Positions 1-9,964 of a stretch of 64,000 nucleotides of DNA are shown piece after piece. How positions within the stretch are numbered: position 1 is the first letter of the stretch; each line of letters opens with the position of its first letter. The notes under the pieces are model-generated. The model ran no database searches, was not told where the DNA came from, and was given only the letters and a program-made list of their open reading frames with translations. The stretch is from assembly GCA_918797485.1 (NCBI GenBank), contig CAKKNE010000003.1, forward strand, positions 310,001-374,000, written 5' to 3'. The stretch comes from Pelagomonas calceolata (Eukaryota). The position numbers and the translations under genes are program-made.

Positions 1-77
1 CCTGCTGCAACCTCGCGTCCTGCGTCCAGGCGGCCCTTGCGGGGCTCCGTCTCCCCGACGAGCCGGCGCCCGGAGGT

Positions 78-1976
78 ATGATGGACGAGTCGGACGGCGA
101 CGAGGCCGCGCCCGAGGTCGCGGAGGAAACCGCCCCGACCCCCGCGGCCGACGACTGGGGCCCGAAATGGAAAAGGAAGATGCGGGCCCAACTACCTACA
201 CAGCATGAATTAAATGTCGAGGTGATGCGGGCCGCGGCAAATAGCCCCGCAAAAGGCATCCTTCGCATGCTCGCGTTTTACGCCGGACACCACCTGACGG
301 TCGACCAGATCGCTAGAAGTGTACTCGTGCCGCCCGGGCACGTCGAGGAGCTACTGTATCATCTGTACTCCTACGGACACGTCGCCGAGCACTCCGCGGG
401 CGGCGTCACGACTTACTCGGCGCGGTCCGACGCCCTGGAGCGTTACCTGACGTCGCGTGACGACGCCGATAGGGCGGCGACGCCAACACCGGCGTTGGCG
501 CCTGCACCCGTCGCCGAGGCGCCACGCGAAGGCGCCCCGGCCGCTGGACCCGACCCTGCGGGCGACGCGCGGCTTGCGGGCGACGGCGACGCGACGCCCG
601 CCGAGGACGCGCCTGCGCCGGCGCCGGCGCCTGCTCGCGACGAAGCGGCGCCCGCGGTTCTCACTCGCGACGAAGGTGGGCCTGCGCCTGCGCCGGCGCC
701 GCGCGAAGGTTCGCCGACGCCTGCGGAAGAAGGAGCGCAGCAGCCGGCGCCGAAGCGGCGACGGCGTAGGACCTCTCCGTCGCCGCGTGCCGACGTCGGA
801 CTCGATGGACCGGTGCCGGGTCCCGAGCAGCAACGGCGTGGACGCTCTCCCGCGCGGACGATGCCTCGCGACGACGCCGACGCGGCCGCGCCGGCGCCGG
901 CGCCGGCGCCGCCAAGGCGTGGACGCTCTCCAACGCCGGGGACTACTCCTGCCGGCGCCGCGCCGGCGCCGGCGCCGGCGCCCCGGCCCCGTGCAGATTC
1001 CGCGCCGCCGCAGCTGGAGGACGCCGCGCCGCAGATGAAGAAGCGAGGAGCGCTTGATCATTTCAGGGCGCAGAACCGCGCGGCCGCGAAGAAGTTCGTC
1101 GAGGACGCGTCACCCGCCCTCGCCGGGAGTGACAAGAACAAGGTGACCGAATCAGCGTCCATGTTGACCTTCCGATTTGAATTAGAAGGACCTGCCGAGA
1201 GAACTCACTGATTGATCACACACAGGCCATCATGGCGAGGCTCGGCGAGATGTGGGACGCTTTGGACGGCGCGGCGAGGAAGCGCTATGGCGACGACGCC
1301 CCCATGGTTCCGGTCAGTGCAAAAATCAAATTATCGCGGCGCGTCTCCACCACTGCTGAATCATGGCCTCCACGCCATCGACGCTACGTCAGCACGACAT
1401 CGTGGCGTGTGGTCTCTCACCGCTCGATTCAGCCAGTACTCTCCTCATCGCCGAGAGAGGACTTGGTGAAGAAGTATCGTGCATCCGACGCATTGGTTGA
1501 TTTACGCACAGGTTCGGGTCGGGACCAAGAAGCCCCGGTCTGCCGCCCGAGCGCGCTCTGCGACGCCGACGCCGCCGCCTGATAGCGATGCCCCGACGGC
1601 GACGGTCGATGACGAGGTGGCGGACAAATGGGCCAGGGGCGAGCTGCAGGTCGAGCACATCGAGCCGTGCGCGCTCGTTTTCAAAAGCAAGGGGCCCTTC
1701 GTCGACGCCGACGGCAACTTTACTGAGGCCGCGCGCTACCTCAACCGCCTCGCGAATTTGCAGCTCATGGACGCCCACAAGAACAACGTGAAGGACGCCA
1801 ACTTCTCGGGCGTGACGCGGCGCGCCCTCGAGGAACGCGAGCGCCTGCTCGCGGGCTGCGACCTCTCCACGGAGGTTGGCTTCAAAAAACACCTCGACGC
1901 CCTCCGCGTCCACGTCATTACCGTCTCCGAAATCGGAGCGAAGGACGAAAAGTTCCGCGGTGAGAAGTACTTTTGA
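78..1976 (+). CDS. HMG-box protein with N-terminal winged-helix-like segment and Pro/Ala-rich linker; exons ~78-1142, 1226-1306 (or 1312), 1512-1976; 5' end may lie upstream of the window
   Basis: Splicing 1143-1225 joins ...ALDHFRAQNRAAAKKF...KNK|AIMARLGEMWDALDGAARKRY, an HMG-box pattern (F..R...I...LGE.W..L....K.Y). The second splice joins in frame to ORF 1479-1976. The frame is open back to the window start. Confidence 0.7.
1143..1225 (+). other. GT-AG intron (83 nt) with a degenerate Introner-like 3' end
   Basis: AG|GTGACC...CACTGATTGATCACACACAG|G. Removal restores the HMG box in phase 0. Confidence 0.8.
1307..1519 (+). mobile_element. Introner element: element 1315-1511, intron 1307-1511 (205 nt)
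   Basis: TIRs CAGTGCAAAAATCAA ... TTGATTTACGCACAG. 8-bp TSD GTTCCGGT (1307-1314) / GTTCGGGT (1512-1519). The GT donor lies in the TSD and the AG acceptor is the TIR end. Confidence 0.9.
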
Positions 1977-2034
1977 GTAAGGTCCTTTTCCTGTCATTCC
2001 ACTAAACTTAGACAAAATTAGCTAGCCCCTCCGA

Positions 2035-2709
2035 TCAGGGCGCCCACCCTCTTCCGCACTCTAAACATCGGGCAAGGATATGCGCGCGATCCACGGATCC
2101 ACCGTGCGTCGCGTTGGCGACGTAAGCCCGGCGCGCCCCACATCGAGGGCACTCGAACGCGTCGACTTCTGGGAGTGTTGATGGTCGTGCGCCGACGCGT
2201 TTGGCTAGGCGCGAACGGTCGTCGGCGCGGCGCTGAGCCACCGCTGGAGGCGCGAGCGCCTCTTCGTCGAGCGTTGCGAGAGCGGTAGGCGTCAGCGACC
2301 CATCGAGGACTCGCCTTCGAAGCTGGTCGTTCCTTCGCAGCGCGAAGACGATGCGGCGCGTTGATCTCGCATAGCCGTCTCTGCTCTCGGTGCTCCAGAG
2401 CACCGCTTCGATGGCTGCGGCGACCGGCAGCGGCACCGCCGCGGCGAGCGCGGTGCGAGCCTCGGCGCGCCGCAGCGCCTCCCGCTGGCCGCGAAACGCT
2501 CGAGAGATGCAGGCGCACTGGGCGTAGCGTCTTGGCACAAATTGACAAATCACACGAGTGAGATCATTGTCAAACGGCCACCGATCCCTGCCCCGTCGCC
2601 GCGCCGCGTCGACGGCATCCTGAGAGCACCCATGCTCTATGGCTTCCAGGAGCTCCGCGTCAACGGATTCGCCATCGCTGTCACTGACGTTTTCAGAGTC
2701 GATCATCAT
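2035..2709 (-). CDS. TFIIS-like protein (central-domain-like region plus C-terminal zinc ribbon)
   Basis: LRRNDQLRRRVLDGSLTPTALATLDEEALA and FECPRCG...ARCLECGRGW. First ATG at 2709; the ORF is open to 2910. Confidence 0.65.
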   Translation of the reverse strand: MMIDSENVSDSDGESVDAELLEAIEHGCSQDAVDAARRRGRDRWPFDNDLTRVICQFVPRRYAQCACISRAFRGQREALRRAEARTALAAAVPLPVAAAIEAVLWSTESRDGYARSTRRIVFALRRNDQLRRRVLDGSLTPTALATLDEEALAPPAVAQRRADDRSRLAKRVGARPSTLPEVDAFECPRCGARRAYVANATHGGSVDRAHILARCLECGRGWAP

Positions 2710-3020
2710 TTTTCGGGGTTTTGCAAGGGCCAGTGCTGCCTTGTACGTCGTGTCCGGCGTCGTATGGGCAAGCGTTTTGCGGCTCCTCTGCTGCCTTGAG
2801 AGAGCGGCAATTTTTGTTGCCTCGCGTACCCGTGACGCGAGGCATCTGTCTTCAGGATCTAGTTGGGTGTCGTTCCAAGTTGCGGATCCGCCTGGGGCTA
2901 CTAGCCCCAAAACTCACGCAGGCTGATTGCAGCTGCTGATTGGCGGCTTTACTGAGCGAGACGGCACCCCCAGCGCATCCTTGGCAGCGTATCAGCTCAG
3001 ACATTAGCCGGCGAAGTGAT

Positions 3021-6000
3021 ATGGTAAGTGCGATGAGCGTTGCGCGCTCAGCGGTGCAAGTTACCAGCTCCGCTCTGGATACAGGAGCCAGCGGCCCGGC
3101 CGGCAGCAAAGCGGCCAGCTCTGGAGCCCAGAGCTCGTCAAGCAGCTCCCAGAAGGAAGCCGCCGCCAATGAAGCGCCCGCGCGGCGCTCGACCTTGTAC
3201 CGCTGCGCGCGCGGCATCGGCGCGGCGGCGGTCTTCATCGGCTGCCTAGCCGGCGCCGCCATACAGAGAGCAAAAAGTGTGAAGGTTGAGGACGTCCACA
3301 CGCAAATGGCCGACATGGCCAAAGCGCGCGAGGCCGGCGAGGCCCTGGCGGCGGCCGGCGATGCAAGAGGCGCCCGCGAGCTCCTCGGCGAGGCCGTCGG
3401 CCGCTGGACGTCGCACGAGAGAACGGTAAGGCACGCCATCTTCGCTAGGACGCAGATCGGCCATAGTGGAGACGACGAGAACGCTCCGGAACGGTTAGCT
3501 GCTGCCTTCGAGGACGCGCAGCACGTGGCGAGTCATCTGCGCGCGGCCTACGGCTCCCTACTACTCGAAGATGGGAGACCGCGGGAAGCCGTGACCCACC
3601 TGACGGCGGTCTGCCCGTCGATCTGGTTCTTTGCGCGGCGCATCGCACCCGGCGAGGAGCACCTGCGCGGCGAGGTGTCGTGGCTGCGCTGCTACGCCGA
3701 CCTCATGGACGCCAGAAAAGCCCTCGGCGAGCACGAGGAGGTCGGCGTCTTAGAAAGGGATGTGGTAACCCACTCCACCGCGTGGTTAAGAAGGAAACGC
3801 GACCGGAGGCCCATCGCGCGCGCCGAGGCCTTTATTGAAGGAGCGGCGTCGGCGGAAGACGCCAAAAAAGGCGCTCGCTTGTTGGCGAGACGGCGCCACG
3901 ACCTCGAGGCCCGCTGGCCCCGCGACGCGCCCCGCTTGCGGCGCGGCTGGGGTAGTGGAGCGGGGCCGCCGCCGAAAAATCAGTTGAGAAGAGAGCGCAA
4001 CCGCAAGCGCGTCGCGACGCTGAGATATCTGTCAAAATTATCAGTGATGGACGCGGCGGAACGCGCGCAGACGGCCCGCGACTACGCGCGCGCGTTAGGG
4101 AAAGCCAGAGCCGCCCGGAGAGACATCGACGGCGTGGTCCGAGCTTACGTCGACGCGCCGGACGCGCTACAAAGGACGCGGCTCCTAGCTTTGCTGAGAG
4201 AGACGGCGGCCGCGGCGACGGCCAAGGCTTTGCCGGCCGACGAAGTCTCGAACGTCGAATCTACCGCTGAGAACAAGGACGCGGCGGCGGAGTGGTCCGC
4301 CGGCGTCGCTTTAGCTGCGATGTTACGAGCCGCCTCGCCCGAGAACCGCCCGGCACTCGAGACCGACAAGCCGGCCGCTCCGAAAGACGCCGTCGACGCG
4401 TCGGCGGCCTACCTAGCTCTGGCCGACGCGTTCTTTGGCGAGAAGGGCGCGGCTGCGGCGGCGGCCGCCGCCGCGGCGACGGCGGCGGCCGAGGCGACGC
4501 CCAAGGTCGAGACGGAGCCCGTCACCGACGAGCCCGTCTCCACAGAAACGGACGAGGCCGAGGAGCCCGTGACGCGCGCCTTTGGAAGGTTGGTGGCCGC
4601 CGAGGGTGCCCAGTACGTTGGGGTCGTTTCTGAGGTCCACGCGAAGGGCTGGGCCTGGATCCAGCACGAGGTCGCGCGCCTCGAGGAGGACCAGAGACGG
4701 TGCGGGCTGGCCATCGCTCCTGTGGCGGGACCGCCGCCCGGGTTCTTATCTCGCTTCGACGTCATCCACGTCGTGGCGCAACATCGGGCCGCTGTGGTGC
4801 AAAGAGACCAGCGCACGGGCCGGCGCCCGGGCTTGGTGCCTCCCAGAAAACGCGCGACGGGCCAGAAGACTCGTAGACAGCGTCTACGGGAGAGGAACGC
4901 GAAGATCTACGGCGGTCTGTTTATTTTCGTCGTCGCGTTAGTTCGAGGATTGTCCCTGCTGAAGGACACGCGGCGCAAGACGGCCGACGGCTATAGTAAG
5001 CGCAAACCGAAGCTCACGTGGCGGGCCTACGGCGAGTCGTTGCTGCGAGACACGCTCGAAGCTTTGAGATTGTGCCTCGCTGATTTATTACAAAAGCTGA
5101 GAAGGTCGATAAAGAAGGCCGACGCCTCGATCGGCGCGGGCGCCGTCGTGCTGCGCGCCGTCGACACCATTACGAGCATCGCGCAGCCCCAGGACGAGTC
5201 CGACGAGAGCGACGGCGAGGAGTCGGCCGCGGCGTCGTCGGGCGACGAGCTCGCCAAAGCTGTGAACAAGAAGCCCCAGAAGCAAAAGTCGGGCTCGAAG
5301 CTGCGGCGGCGCGCGCCGCAACAAAAGCCCAAGGCTTCTACGAAGGAGGAGGTCGTCGTCGAGAAAACTGAGAAGAAGGCGCCCGAACCGTCCTTCGCCG
5401 ACTCCGACGACGACTGGGCCGCGTCGACCGAGTGGCTGCCCGTCCCGAAAGGTGGGCGCGTCGTCGGCGAGGGGCCGCGCATCCCGGAAGTGTCGCCGCG
5501 GCACCACGTCGTGACGCCGCCTTTGGCGCCCCCGTCGCGCGGCGGCTCGCCACCCCAAGGCCGCAAGGAGGGTTTGGTCGTCCAGTCTTTGTTAGATCAA
5601 CGCCTCTCCCAGCAGCCCAAGGAGGAGCCGGCCAAGTGCCCCTCCGTGACCTCTACCAGTTCTTCGGGCTCGAGCGAGAAGAAGCCCGAGCCGCGGAAGA
5701 AGAAGGTCGTCTCGCCGCGGACGTCGCCGCGCGACTCGCCGCGGCGCCGCTCGCAGCAGGCGCGCCAGCACCGCAAGGCGCCGCCGCTGCCGCGGCTCGA
5801 CTCCGGCGGGTCATTAGCTAGAGCCGTCGCGGCCGGCGCTTTAGGCGACGCCTCGGACACGCCGCCGCCCACCGGCTACGGCATCTGGGACGACGCCGCG
5901 GCGGCGGCGGCCGCCGCGGCATCACAAGCGGCGCGGCAACCGCCCGCGCGGCAGATCTCCCAGGACGGCCTCGACGAGGCCCTGCGGACCCAGGTCGAGT

Positions 6001-6266
6001 ACTACTTTAGCGTCGCGAACTTGTGCAAGGACGTGTATCTGCGAGGATGCATGGACGGGCAGGGCTTCGTGCCCTTAGATCACGTCTGCACGTTCAAGCG
6101 GCTGCGCGACCTCTGCGACGACCCGTTAGTAGTGAGACGCGCCGTCGAGTCGAGCGACCGGCTCAACCTCGTCAGATTCACGGACGAGTCGAGCGGCGCG
6201 AACGTCTGGAAGGTCCGGACGGTCGACCAGCCGGAACGCTGGGTCCTCGCGGCGTCGCAGCCCTAG
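3021..6266 (+). CDS. La-motif (LARP-like) protein with two hydrophobic segments and a C-terminal LAM domain
   Basis: C-terminal LRTQVEYYFSVANLCKDVYLRGCMDGQGFVPLDHVCTFKRLR is a La motif. 1108-codon ORF; start uncertain. Confidence 0.75.
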   Translation: MVSAMSVARSAVQVTSSALDTGASGPAGSKAASSGAQSSSSSSQKEAAANEAPARRSTLYRCARGIGAAAVFIGCLAGAAIQRAKSVKVEDVHTQMADMAKAREAGEALAAAGDARGARELLGEAVGRWTSHERTVRHAIFARTQIGHSGDDENAPERLAAAFEDAQHVASHLRAAYGSLLLEDGRPREAVTHLTAVCPSIWFFARRIAPGEEHLRGEVSWLRCYADLMDARKALGEHEEVGVLERDVVTHSTAWLRRKRDRRPIARAEAFIEGAASAEDAKKGARLLARRRHDLEARWPRDAPRLRRGWGSGAGPPPKNQLRRERNRKRVATLRYLSKLSVMDAAERAQTARDYARALGKARAARRDIDGVVRAYVDAPDALQRTRLLALLRETAAAATAKALPADEVSNVESTAENKDAAAEWSAGVALAAMLRAASPENRPALETDKPAAPKDAVDASAAYLALADAFFGEKGAAAAAAAAAATAAAEATPKVETEPVTDEPVSTETDEAEEPVTRAFGRLVAAEGAQYVGVVSEVHAKGWAWIQHEVARLEEDQRRCGLAIAPVAGPPPGFLSRFDVIHVVAQHRAAVVQRDQRTGRRPGLVPPRKRATGQKTRRQRLRERNAKIYGGLFIFVVALVRGLSLLKDTRRKTADGYSKRKPKLTWRAYGESLLRDTLEALRLCLADLLQKLRRSIKKADASIGAGAVVLRAVDTITSIAQPQDESDESDGEESAAASSGDELAKAVNKKPQKQKSGSKLRRRAPQQKPKASTKEEVVVEKTEKKAPEPSFADSDDDWAASTEWLPVPKGGRVVGEGPRIPEVSPRHHVVTPPLAPPSRGGSPPQGRKEGLVVQSLLDQRLSQQPKEEPAKCPSVTSTSSSGSSEKKPEPRKKKVVSPRTSPRDSPRRRSQQARQHRKAPPLPRLDSGGSLARAVAAGALGDASDTPPPTGYGIWDDAAAAAAAAASQAARQPPARQISQDGLDEALRTQVEYYFSVANLCKDVYLRGCMDGQGFVPLDHVCTFKRLRDLCDDPLVVRRAVESSDRLNLVRFTDESSGANVWKVRTVDQPERWVLAASQP

Positions 6267-6421
6267 CGGCGCCCTTTCCCCCTTCTCTCCCTTTCCCGCG
6301 CGGCCCTGCCATGGGGCCGCGCGCAAAATTGAGTCCGTCACGTCAGAAAAAAACTAAGGCGGAGTTGTATGATATCTACTAGGGTCCCACGCCATCGACG
6401 CGCCCCTTAGTTGAAACCGCC

Positions 6422-6976
6422 TTACATCAACCTAGTCTTCGCGAGGCAATCATACAACTCGTCCTTCGTCACCCGTTCTCCGCTTCCGTCCTTGGACGCG
6501 TGCTTCAGCATCTCTCGCAGCTGGTCGTCGGCCTGCTCACTCCCAGACCCCAATTGCTCACCGAGCTCCCGGCACACGAAGCGAAGCTTGGCGAGGTCCA
6601 CGTACCCATCGCCGCCGTGGTCGAACTTGGCAAACAAAGCATCGAAGTTGCCGTTTGTCCGGTCCAGGTCGGCCTCGGTCACCAGTGCCGTCGTCAAATT
6701 AATAAATTCTTCTAGTCCGACCGTGCCGCTGTTGTCGTGGTCGACCTCGGCTAGCGTCTGGTAGACGTCAGACTTCTTCCACACAATCCCGAGCGCGTTC
6801 ATGGCCTCCATCAGTTGGTTGGGGTCGAGCTGGCCCCTCGCGGGCCGCCTGCCATTCTGCGTATCCATCATCGTAAAAACCTTTTTGATTTCCTCGATTT
6901 CATCCTCGGACACGCCAGGTCTTGTAAATTCCGTCTCGTGATCACCGGGCCGGCTCGGGGTGGCTGCCATGGCCAT
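6422..6976 (-). CDS. Centrin/calmodulin-like EF-hand protein
   Basis: EDEIEEIKKVFTMMD, VDHDNSGTVGLEEF and FDHGGDGYVDL EF-hand loops. Confidence 0.85.
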   Translation of the reverse strand: MAMAATPSRPGDHETEFTRPGVSEDEIEEIKKVFTMMDTQNGRRPARGQLDPNQLMEAMNALGIVWKKSDVYQTLAEVDHDNSGTVGLEEFINLTTALVTEADLDRTNGNFDALFAKFDHGGDGYVDLAKLRFVCRELGEQLGSGSEQADDQLREMLKHASKDGSGERVTKDELYDCLAKTRLM

Positions 6977-7221
6977 CGTACGCGTGCGAGGCTGCCCGGC
7001 GTGTGTGGTGGTCGTCTACAGCTGGCACTTATTACTTGCGTGCGTGATATGCTGCCTCTGGCGCCACAGACGGCGCAGTTTTGATGCCAACTGCGCACCT
7101 GCCGACCAAAGCTAGTGTGTTTGCACTGGCAAAAAAGGGGGCGCTCGCCCACTAGTCCTAGCACCGTCTTAGTAACAGGAATGAACTCACTGCGAGTGTT
7201 GTACAAAACAGGGGACAATAG

Positions 7222-9750
7222 TTACAAATCCCGGGCACAAAACACCAACGCGTCCGTCCGCCCCGGCCAGACTTCTCCTTGGTCCCAGGTCCCGCGTCCG
7301 TCGTACGCGCACGCAAAGCCCGCGGCGCGCAGGTGGCCGAGCGCCTCCAGGAACGGCGCCAGCGCGCGGTCCTTCGTGAAGCTCCACTCGACGACGAGGC
7401 GCTCGACGTTCTTCCAGTCGCGCGGTGCGGCGAGCAACTTCATCTCCGCCCCTTCTATATCAAGCTTGACGTAGTCGACGCCCGTCTCCAGCAGTTCGTC
7501 GAGCCCCGTGGACGCCACGGCGATGCGCTCGCCTTCGTTGTAGTGGCTCACGTCCTCGACGGCGTGCCGCCACGTGTTCGGCGCGACGACGAGCGTGACG
7601 TCCTCATTATCAGTGATCGCCGCCTCGACGAGCTCGAGGTCGGGGTGGTTCTGTCGGTAGAGCGCCGCGTTCGACGGCTCGGGCTCGACGGCCAGAATCG
7701 AGGCCGCACCATTATCTTTCGCCCACGTGGAAAAAGCTCCAATTTGTGCTCCGCCGTCCAATACGGCCCGCCCACGCGGGTCGAAATCATACGCCTGCCC
7801 GCCCGGGAACGGCGGCGGCGCGCCGTAACACTCCGACCCGAGCACCTCGAGGATCGCCAGCGCATCCGAGCTATTCTCGCGGTAGCGGAAGTCCCTATTT
7901 CCGAGGACCTCGGCGGCGCGCGCGTCGGCCGAGGTCCGCGCGCCCGCCTCGGCCGGCGTGAACCAGACCAGCGAGTACCGTTCCCCACTAAAAGGAAGCG
8001 TCCAGTGCCTTTCGTGCCAGCCGTCGAACTGCAGAGGCGCGTAGCGCACGTCGTGCTCGACGCCTTCGACGCAGAGCTCGCCGCCGCTGAAGTCGCCGAG
8101 GCCCACGATGAGCGACGTGGACTGGCCGAGGCCCCGGCCCGAGTCCACATGCGGCGCGAACTCGGCGCGGCGATTCACGGCGCAGCGCATCGACGGCGGC
8201 CGGTCCGGCGCTATCGTCCTTTCGAGATCAAACACCGCGTCGGCGAGCTTGGGAAAGGCCGCGTTGCCGCGCGCTTGCGACGGCGGCCGCTCGAGCGTGA
8301 ATGACGCCGCGGTCTCGGTCGGCCGGATGAGTTTGGACCGCGCGACGGACGTCCGCGGCCAGCGGCCCGAGTCATGCGCCGCGCGCAGTTCATGGAGGCA
8401 CGAAACGTACGCTTCCGGCGGGGGCGTCGCCGCGACGACCACCTCTTCGGAAGAGGCGGGCGCCTCGTCGTGCCCCGAGCGCCGCGCGGCGGAAACAGCG
8501 GCGGCGAGAGCTTGGGAATCGAACGCGCGCAACCACTCGTCACTATTCGCGTTGATGATGAGGTCCTCGCGAAGATCAGAAAGCCACGCGTCGGCCCCGC
8601 CGCCGTCGTCGGGCCACGCGTCGCCGCCCTTGACCTCGAGCGCCGAGTAGCGCGCCCCGGCGAAGTACTCGAGCGCCGGCGGCAGGGGCGTTTCTATCAC
8701 TAAATCGCGTCTCGTGAGCACGTCGAAGGCGTCGGCCGGCAACTCGCCGCGCTGCATGAGCACGGCCACGCCCATGAGCCGCCGCGCCTGCTGCGGCAGA
8801 AAGCCGCGACCCCTTAACTCGACGACGACGAACGGCTCGCCTCGGACGACGATCGTGTCCGCGGCGCGCGCGCGGTGGAGGCGCGTGCGCGTCGCCGCCG
8901 CGAAGGGCGACAGCAGGCCGCGCAGCTCGGGATCGGCAAAGTTGTGCCACGCGCCCGTCGTTGCGACGGCGGCGCGCAGCGCCGTCTTGAGCTGTCGAAG
9001 CGCCCGGCGCGTCACGTCCGAAGCCTTATCCCCGCCGCGGGGGGCGTGCGCGGGCCGTCGCACGCCGAATTTTCCCGCCTCTCCTGCGACGGTGCCTTCC
9101 GCCACGCGTTCCGCCCCGGCGCGCTCGGCGCCCGCGAGCCAGCACAGGGGCAGCAGGTAGTGGAAGGCGCGCTGCGTCGCCGAGCTCTCTGCGTGGACGC
9201 GGCCCGGCCTCGAGCTTAGGACGCGAATGTCGGATGGGAGGTCCTCGTTCAGTTGTGCGGGCCCGGGTAATGCGTGGTCGCTCACGACGCTCAAGACGTC
9301 TCTTGCCGCCGCCGCATCACCCAACGCTAATGCTGCGGACCGACCTCGCGCGGCGACGGCCGTAGCCCGCGTGACCGATGATGCACTACAGAGCGATGTG
9401 AGCGCTGCCTCGGCGTCGGCACCTTTACCGGCGCCGTAGCCAACAAGATACGTCGCGACGTGCTGCTTCCGCTCGGCTATTGCCGCGGGAGCGCGCGGGT
9501 CCTCCGCTGCTGCGGCGGCGGAGCAGGCGTCGGACTCGCGCAGGTGTCGGAAGAGTGCGTTCTTGCTTGCAAACGTAGCGCCGCAGAAGCGGCAGCTGCA
9601 TGTGCGCGTTTCGGACGACGACGTTGGTACGGTAGCGACGTGGCGGCGCGTTTGCAGTTTTTGGGCAGGCTTGCAGTGTTTTTGGGCAGGTTTGCAGTGC
9701 GGCGCCTGTAGGCCCGTAACGACCGCCAGCAATGCGACAAATGCCAGCAT
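7222..9750 (-). CDS. Multidomain protein: signal peptide, C2H2 zinc finger, TruA-like pseudouridine synthase, 2OG-Fe(II) oxygenase-like domain, FkbM-type methyltransferase
   Basis: MLAFVALLAVVTG; CRFCGATFASKNALFRHL; LNEDLPSDIRVL..R.FHYLLP..HNF..GFLPQQARRLMG; PHVDSG..GGEL..FDG..HWT.PFSGERYSLVWF; VLDGGAQIGAF..AVEPEPSN..KLDIEGAE. Confidence 0.7.
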   Translation of the reverse strand: MLAFVALLAVVTGLQAPHCKPAQKHCKPAQKLQTRRHVATVPTSSSETRTCSCRFCGATFASKNALFRHLRESDACSAAAAAEDPRAPAAIAERKQHVATYLVGYGAGKGADAEAALTSLCSASSVTRATAVAARGRSAALALGDAAAARDVLSVVSDHALPGPAQLNEDLPSDIRVLSSRPGRVHAESSATQRAFHYLLPLCWLAGAERAGAERVAEGTVAGEAGKFGVRRPAHAPRGGDKASDVTRRALRQLKTALRAAVATTGAWHNFADPELRGLLSPFAAATRTRLHRARAADTIVVRGEPFVVVELRGRGFLPQQARRLMGVAVLMQRGELPADAFDVLTRRDLVIETPLPPALEYFAGARYSALEVKGGDAWPDDGGGADAWLSDLREDLIINANSDEWLRAFDSQALAAAVSAARRSGHDEAPASSEEVVVAATPPPEAYVSCLHELRAAHDSGRWPRTSVARSKLIRPTETAASFTLERPPSQARGNAAFPKLADAVFDLERTIAPDRPPSMRCAVNRRAEFAPHVDSGRGLGQSTSLIVGLGDFSGGELCVEGVEHDVRYAPLQFDGWHERHWTLPFSGERYSLVWFTPAEAGARTSADARAAEVLGNRDFRYRENSSDALAILEVLGSECYGAPPPFPGGQAYDFDPRGRAVLDGGAQIGAFSTWAKDNGAASILAVEPEPSNAALYRQNHPDLELVEAAITDNEDVTLVVAPNTWRHAVEDVSHYNEGERIAVASTGLDELLETGVDYVKLDIEGAEMKLLAAPRDWKNVERLVVEWSFTKDRALAPFLEALGHLRAAGFACAYDGRGTWDQGEVWPGRTDALVFCARDL

Positions 9751-9964
9751 CGCTGTGAAGTTGCTGTTGTCTGCACTGAGTGCAGTGACCGCTCTACTGC
9801 TGTAATTAATGCGTCTTTGCTGCCAAGGGTCGCAGCAACGCGTCGATATTGATCCGTGCCGCTGCTGAATTGTGCAAAAATGCGCGTAAGGCACGCGTGC
9901 GAGCGTTTTTGCGCGAACCCTGAATCGTGAAAACCCGTGCAAAACCCGTTTTGGCAAAGCTAAC

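Noticed and set aside
351..1061. Many long Arg/Ala/Pro-rich antisense and alternative-frame ORFs, here and throughout (e.g. 7279-8304, 23098-24195, 40589-41860)
   Set aside because: These are shadow ORFs expected at very high GC. They overlap better-supported genes and lack motifs.
3024..3029. GTAAGT directly after ATG 3021 as a splice donor
   Set aside because: The ORF stays open and no acceptor could be validated.
9655..9698. Small tandem duplications (21-bp HCKPAQK x2; also a 27-bp unit near 39575-39630 and a 10-bp unit near 11255-11275)
   Set aside because: Ordinary slippage in transit peptides, low-complexity regions or intergenic DNA.
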